Shown: piece by piece, positions 59,587 through 64,000 of the stretch | How the letters are laid out: each line of letters starts with the position of its first letter | Position numbering within the stretch: the first letter of the stretch is position 1 | Source: an uncultured Erysipelotrichaceae bacterium | GTDB lineage: Bacteria; Bacillota_I; Bacilli_A; RF39; UBA660 | Reading direction: 5' to 3' | DNA length: 64,000 nucleotides | NCBI GenBank assembly: GCA_902801525.1 | Contig: CADCIN010000003.1 | Coordinates: forward strand, 20,096-84,095 | Translations under genes and position numbers: made by a program | The notes under the pieces: generated by a model | What the model saw: the letters and a program-made list of their open reading frames with translations, nothing else | Databases searched by the model: none | What the model was told of the DNA's origin: nothing

Positions 59587-60162
59587 TTAATTAACTGATT
59601 GAGTTGCAGTAACTGTAACTGGAATAGAAATATCATTAGCATCAGAACCAGTATTTGTATCTTCTATATTTGCACTATCAGTATTTTTATCTGTCCAAGT
59701 AATTGTTACATTAGCATTAACTTTAGTACCACTAGTAACTTCTGCAAGAGTTAATGTTCCAGTATAAACACCATCTACACCAGTTAATTCAGTACCATTA
59801 ATTTTAACACTTGTAACTTCTATATTACTATTATTAATTGCAGTAGAATCAATTTTAATTGAATAATCCATAGCAACTTTAGAACCAGTTGGATCAAGTT
59901 CAATATTAAAGTTTCCACTTCTACCAGGTGCAATATATCCATCTGCTATATTCTTATTACTAGACCAAGTAATATCATTTGTAGTAAATGTTTTATTCTT
60001 AACAATATCAGTACCATTAACACTTACCTTCCATGGAGCAACTTTAGCAGTTGAAGAATCATTAGAAGAACTAGAATATCTAGAATAAGTATAGAAAACA
60101 AAACTACAAGTAAATAAAACAAGTAAAATTGCTAAAACAGAAATACCACTTCTCTTTTTCAT
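59587..60162 (-). CDS. TasA/camelysin-like secreted protein (likely major fibre subunit)
   Basis: First gene of the operon with an AGGAGG RBS. Signal ...FVFYTYSRYSSS. IAPGRSGNFNIELDPTGSKVAMDYSI. A partial terminator lies downstream. Confidence 0.6.
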   Translation of the reverse strand: MKKRSGISVLAILLVLFTCSFVFYTYSRYSSSSNDSSTAKVAPWKVSVNGTDIVKNKTFTTNDITWSSNKNIADGYIAPGRSGNFNIELDPTGSKVAMDYSIKIDSTAINNSNIEVTSVKINGTELTGVDGVYTGTLTLAEVTSGTKVNANVTITWTDKNTDSANIEDTNTGSDANDISIPVTVTATQSVN

Positions 60163-60203
60163 ATAATTACCTCCTTAATGAAATACTATATATATTCTCT
60201 CTA

Positions 60204-60233
60204 ATTATAACACTTAATAAATAATATTCGTAA
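60204..60233 (-). promoter_or_regulatory. candidate promoter of the fibre operon
   Basis: On the minus strand: TTACGA, an 18-nt spacer, then TGtTATAAT (extended -10). Confidence 0.4.
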
Positions 60234-60245
60234 AATATTAGTAAA

Positions 60246-60277
60246 TAAAAAAAAAGTTTACACTTAAATGTAAACTT
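60246..60277 (-). terminator. rho-independent terminator of serS
   Basis: AAGTTTACA-cttaaa-TGTAAACTT stem overlapping the stop codon, with a T9 run on the minus strand. Confidence 0.65.
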
Positions 60278-61565
60278 ACTTTTTAATAGGTTCTAATAGT
60301 TCTTTTCCACCCATATATGGTTGTAAAACCTTAGGAATTTTTAATGTTCCATCTGCTTGATAATTATTTTCAACAACAGCAATTAATCCACGAGGTGTAG
60401 CAACAACTGTATTATTTAAAGTATCTACATAATATATTCCATCTTTTCCTTTAGTACGAATACCTAAACGTCTAGCTTGAGCATCTCCTAGTGTAGAACA
60501 ACTACCAACTTCAAAATATGTTTTTTGTCTAGGACTCCAAGCTTCAACATCACATGATTTAACTTTTAAATCTGCTAAATCACCAGAACAACACTCAAGT
60601 GTTCTAACTGGAACATCTAAGCTTCTAAAGAAATCAACAGTATATTTCCACATTTTATTATACCAGTCCATTCTCTCTTCAGGTTTACATAATACAATCA
60701 TTTCTTGCTTTTCAAATTGATGTACACGATAAAGACCTCTCTCTTCAAGTCCATGGCTTCCACCCTCTTTTCTAAAACAAGGGGAATAACTTGTCATTGC
60801 AATTGGTAAATCTGCTTCTTTAACTATTTGTCCTTTAAATCTACCAATCATTGAATGTTCTGAAGTACCAATTAAATATAAATCTTCACCTTCTATTTTA
60901 TACATCATTTCTTCCATTTCAGGGAAAGACATTACACCAGTAACTACATCACTTCTAATCATAAATGGTGGGATAGCATATGTAAATCCTTTATCAATCA
61001 TAAAATCTCTTGCATATGCAAGCATAGCTTCATGAAGTCTAGCAATATCTCCAAGTAAGTAATAAAAACCTTCACCACTAGTTCTACCTGCAGATTCTTT
61101 ATCTAAACCATTAAAAGATGAAATAATATCTGCATGATATGGAATTTCATAATCAGGAACAACAGGCTCTCCAAATTTTTCAATTTCAACATTCTTTGAA
61201 TCATCTTCACCAATAGGTACAGATTCATCCATAATATTTGGAATAACAAACATCTTTTCACGAATTTGATCATTTAACTTTTTTTCTTCTTCTTCTAATT
61301 TTTCAATTTTCTCACCAAAAGATGAAATTTCTTCTTTAATTTTCATAGCTTCATCTTTTTTACCATCACGCATTAAAAGACCAATTTCACTACTTTTTTT
61401 ATTTTTTTCACTTCTAAGAAGATCACCTTCATTTTTAAGTTTACGAACTCTTTCATCAAGTTCTTTAACTTCATCTACAAAAGGTAATTTTTCATCTTGA
61501 AATTTCTTTTTAATATTTTCTTTAACAATATCTGGATTTTCTCTTATTAATTTAATATCTATCAT
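60276..61565 (-). CDS. serS: seryl-tRNA synthetase
   Basis: N-terminal coiled coil and class II motifs (FRKEGGSHG, GLYRVHQFEK, GSCSTLGDAQARR). The start MIDIKLIRENP follows AGGAGG. Confidence 0.95.
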   Translation of the reverse strand: MIDIKLIRENPDIVKENIKKKFQDEKLPFVDEVKELDERVRKLKNEGDLLRSEKNKKSSEIGLLMRDGKKDEAMKIKEEISSFGEKIEKLEEEEKKLNDQIREKMFVIPNIMDESVPIGEDDSKNVEIEKFGEPVVPDYEIPYHADIISSFNGLDKESAGRTSGEGFYYLLGDIARLHEAMLAYARDFMIDKGFTYAIPPFMIRSDVVTGVMSFPEMEEMMYKIEGEDLYLIGTSEHSMIGRFKGQIVKEADLPIAMTSYSPCFRKEGGSHGLEERGLYRVHQFEKQEMIVLCKPEERMDWYNKMWKYTVDFFRSLDVPVRTLECCSGDLADLKVKSCDVEAWSPRQKTYFEVGSCSTLGDAQARRLGIRTKGKDGIYYVDTLNNTVVATPRGLIAVVENNYQADGTLKIPKVLQPYMGGKELLEPIKK

Positions 61566-61575
61566 AATAAACCTC

Positions 61576-61815
61576 CTATTTTTTATTAATATTAATTTCT
61601 TCAAATCGATATTTTTGTTCTACATCAGGATACTTAACATGATCTACTTCGCTTAAAAACATTTCAAGTGGTCTTACGTATAAATCACAGTTACCATATA
61701 ACTGTCTATATAAAACCATTTTTTCATTAGTTTCAGAATTAAAAACAATATCAATAACTAAATAATTATTCCCCTTAAAATGTCTATAAATAGTGTTAAG
61801 TTTAATTTTTCTCAT
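61576..61815 (-). CDS. DUF1653 domain protein
   Basis: YRHFKGNNY ... VLYRQLYG ... YVRPLEMF motifs. Confidence 0.7.
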   Translation of the reverse strand: MRKIKLNTIYRHFKGNNYLVIDIVFNSETNEKMVLYRQLYGNCDLYVRPLEMFLSEVDHVKYPDVEQKYRFEEININKK

Positions 61816-61826
61816 AATTTACCTCC

Positions 61827-62030
61827 AAAAAAAATAAAGAATTAACAACCAAGGAGCCTATTTAGGCGGTGCCATCCTTTATTTTACTTAATTAGATAAC
61901 GGTATAAACCGGGTATAAACCATCTATAGAGTAGATAAATAAACCATCAACATCGTTTTCACCAACCACGATTTCTCTACGCTCAATTAATTTATTATTG
62001 ATTCTAATCATCGATTCAATAATATTATAA
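61827..62030 (-). promoter_or_regulatory. T-box riboswitch leader (Ser specifier likely UCU)
   Basis: The reverse complement shows a TCGATGA K-turn element, the GTAGAGA (AGAGA box), a GGTGAAAA distal motif and UCU-A in the specifier region. It also has the T-box sequence AAAGGATGGCACCGCC, then a terminator with a T8 run. Confidence 0.7.
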
Positions 62031-62067
62031 AACAAAAATATTAATTTATCAATATATTAAATAATAA

Positions 62068-63372
62068 TTATCTAACAATAACCGATCTTTTACCAACTGC
62101 ATTATATATATGTTCAGCTTTATTTTTATTCAAAGACCAATAAGAACTTAAAGTTTTCTATTTCCATGGGTCAACAATAATCTGATCACCAGTAATTTTA
62201 TTATATCCAGTCAAAAGTTGTACATGAAGATTAGAATGTGCATTATTTGACCAATTCTTAGGTTCGACAAATTTCGCAGTCATATAAATAATAACAGGAT
62301 TATTATTATCTAATTCTCTATCTAATTGATCAAGTGATAACCCAGTACCAATAACAATATTAGCATTACCTGAAGATGATATTCCAAAGTTTTTTAATGC
62401 CTCCGGTGCAATCCAATGTGATACATTAGTTGGCTCAGTACCAAATATATCCAAGTAAAAACCATTGTTTGGATTATCAGATTTTGGCATATCACTGGCA
62501 AATTGATATAAACTCATATTAGAAAGATATTCCTTATATTTAAGTGCCATTAAAAGTGATGCAGCCTCACAACCATTCATAACATTATTTTCATTTTGAC
62601 TTATATATGGAACATTTAATTTAACCCAACTTTCATTGACTAATTTATTTCTAGCAAGAGCTTCTTCCCTTACTTCTTTTTCTCTCTCAATTCTTTCATT
62701 CTCTAATCTAATTTTTTTCTTTTCATCTTTATCTTTTAAATAATTATTGACAATATTTAGTTTATCACTAAATTGTTTCTTTAAATTATCATGTTGAATA
62801 TTATTAACTAAGTTTAAAGAACTATTATACTCATCCCAATTGACATTTTCTCTAACAGTATTATTTTCGAAGTTAGAAAATAAATTATTAACAGAATTCT
62901 TAGTATTAATAATTAAACTTAAATCATTTTTATATTTAGATACTTTATCAGAACAAATAATCTTAATTTTATTTTCAAAAAAGCCACATGAATCATTTAA
63001 TTTTTCATAATTATCAGGATTAAAAACTTAATTAGATAAATCAGTATTATATTGATTATCAATATACTTATCAAAATCGATATAATTATTCATAATTTGA
63101 ATTTTATTTTTATATTCAATAATATCACTATTAATATTATCTATTTTATTTAATTTTTCCTGGCATAATGCTATGTTTTTATCATTAAATTTTGAACTAT
63201 TTTTAAGATCATTAATAACATCATCACAATAAAGTTTTGATTGTTTAAACTCCTTATTAGCTATTCTAATATTTTCATTAGATTTCTTTATGTTATAAAA
63301 AAGAAAACATATAATAAATAATAAAAATATAACAATAAATATAATTAATTTATTAAAAGTAACTTTTTTCAT
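62068..63372 (-). pseudogene. membrane-anchored C39-like (YvpB-type) cysteine peptidase gene with two in-frame stop codons
   Basis: ORFs 63028-63423 and 62158-62580 share a frame. I translated the 447-nt gap and found it open, containing ...VPYISQNENNVMNGCEAASLLMAL. The interruptions are TAA at 63028-63030 and TAG at 62158-62160, followed by 29 further open codons. Confidence 0.55.
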
Positions 63373-63448
63373 AAATACAACTTCTCTATTATAGAGATTA
63401 ATGTAAAAAGATATATTTGTCAATAAAAATAAAAAAAGAAAATAGAAT

Positions 63449-63709
63449 TTATCTATTTTCTACGATTAATTTTATAGCAGTTCTCTCTTCTCCATCAATA
63501 GCAATATCTTGAAATGCAGGAATACATATTAAATTCTTGCCTGACGGAGCAACAAACCCCCTTGCAATTGCAATTGCTTTAATTGCCTGATTAATAGCAC
63601 CAGCACCAACCGCTTGAACTTCTACTACACCTTTTTCTCTAAACACATTTGCAAGTGCTCCTGCTACACTATTTGGATTAGATTTACTACTAACTTTTAA
63701 TATTTCCAT
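63449..63709 (-). CDS. spoVS: stage V sporulation protein S
   Basis: 86 aa, MEILKVSSKSNPNSVAGALANV...AVGAGAINQAIKAIAIARGF, a highly conserved SpoVS sequence. Confidence 0.9.
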   Translation of the reverse strand: MEILKVSSKSNPNSVAGALANVFREKGVVEVQAVGAGAINQAIKAIAIARGFVAPSGKNLICIPAFQDIAIDGEERTAIKLIVENR

Positions 63710-63762
63710 AATTATTTCCTCTCTTTCTAAATTAAATATATGAAAGAGATAAAAATATATGA

Positions 63763-64000
63763 TTAATTAATTTTAGAAATAGCTTCTTTTATTACTGAAA
63801 TTGAATTATTGAAGGCTATTTTCTCACTATTATTAAGATCAAGATTTAATACTTTACTAACTCCTGAATTATTAACAATAGCAGGCATTCCAATAAAAAT
63901 TTTCTCTTTTTCATTATAACAAGAAACAGTCAAAATATTATTTTGATCATCTAATATGGAATTAGTAATATATGCTAAACTCATACCTATTCCATAATAA
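63763..64000 (-). CDS. ldh: L-lactate dehydrogenase, C-terminal part (gene continues beyond the window)
   Basis: The frame is open to the window edge and reads ...YYGIGMSLAYITNSILDDQ...GMPAIVNNSGV, typical of the LDH C-terminal domain. Confidence 0.8.
   Translation of the reverse strand, partial: YYGIGMSLAYITNSILDDQNNILTVSCYNEKEKIFIGMPAIVNNSGVSKVLNLDLNNSEKIAFNNSISVIKEAISKIN

Noticed and set aside
62158-63030. TAA/TAG reassignment or programmed readthrough as the explanation for the in-frame stops at 49263, 62158 and 63028
   Set aside because: TAA and TAG terminate the great majority of conserved genes in the window at the expected positions. With no recoding signals visible, I report them as nonsense lesions and keep readthrough only as a minor alternative.

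Overview
This is a very AT-rich (by eye about three quarters A+T) chromosomal segment from a low-GC, anaerobic Firmicute. Lineage markers are SpoVS, YmcA/YlbF next to MiaB, ScpAB, NrdDG and a T-box-controlled serS. All product calls rest on motif recognition in the supplied translations; no database search was run.

Most genes lie on the minus strand. The core genes cover:
- DNA repair: tag, xth, a Y-family polymerase plus YolD.
- Glycolysis: gpmI and a partial ldh.
- Others: nrdDG, map, a P-type metal ATPase, miaB, scpAB and serS.

Four accessory blocks stand out:
1. A Fic/VbhA-type toxin-antitoxin pair flanked by decayed genes (17.7-20.9 kb).
2. A cell-envelope glycosyltransferase cluster with a Pro/Ser/Val-rich repeat protein (22.6-27.8 kb).
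3. A composite mobile island next to tRNA-Leu(CAA) (about 31.9-43.7 kb). It holds KilA-N, a MobV relaxase, one frameshifted and one intact large serine recombinase, and a compact four-gene operon. The operon encodes a PqqD-like protein, a radical-SAM/SPASM enzyme, a second radical-SAM enzyme, and a substrate protein with five tandem GWNNSSGSW(M/S)D(R/S) repeats in which every Trp sits in a W-x-(D/N) triplet. I consider this the best candidate for an undescribed RiPP-like or protein-crosslinking system.
4. A seven-gene SipW/TasA-like fibre operon whose signal peptidase is fused to a large polytopic membrane domain (54.0-60.2 kb).

The window also carries an unusually high load of frameshifted or nonsense-interrupted genes.
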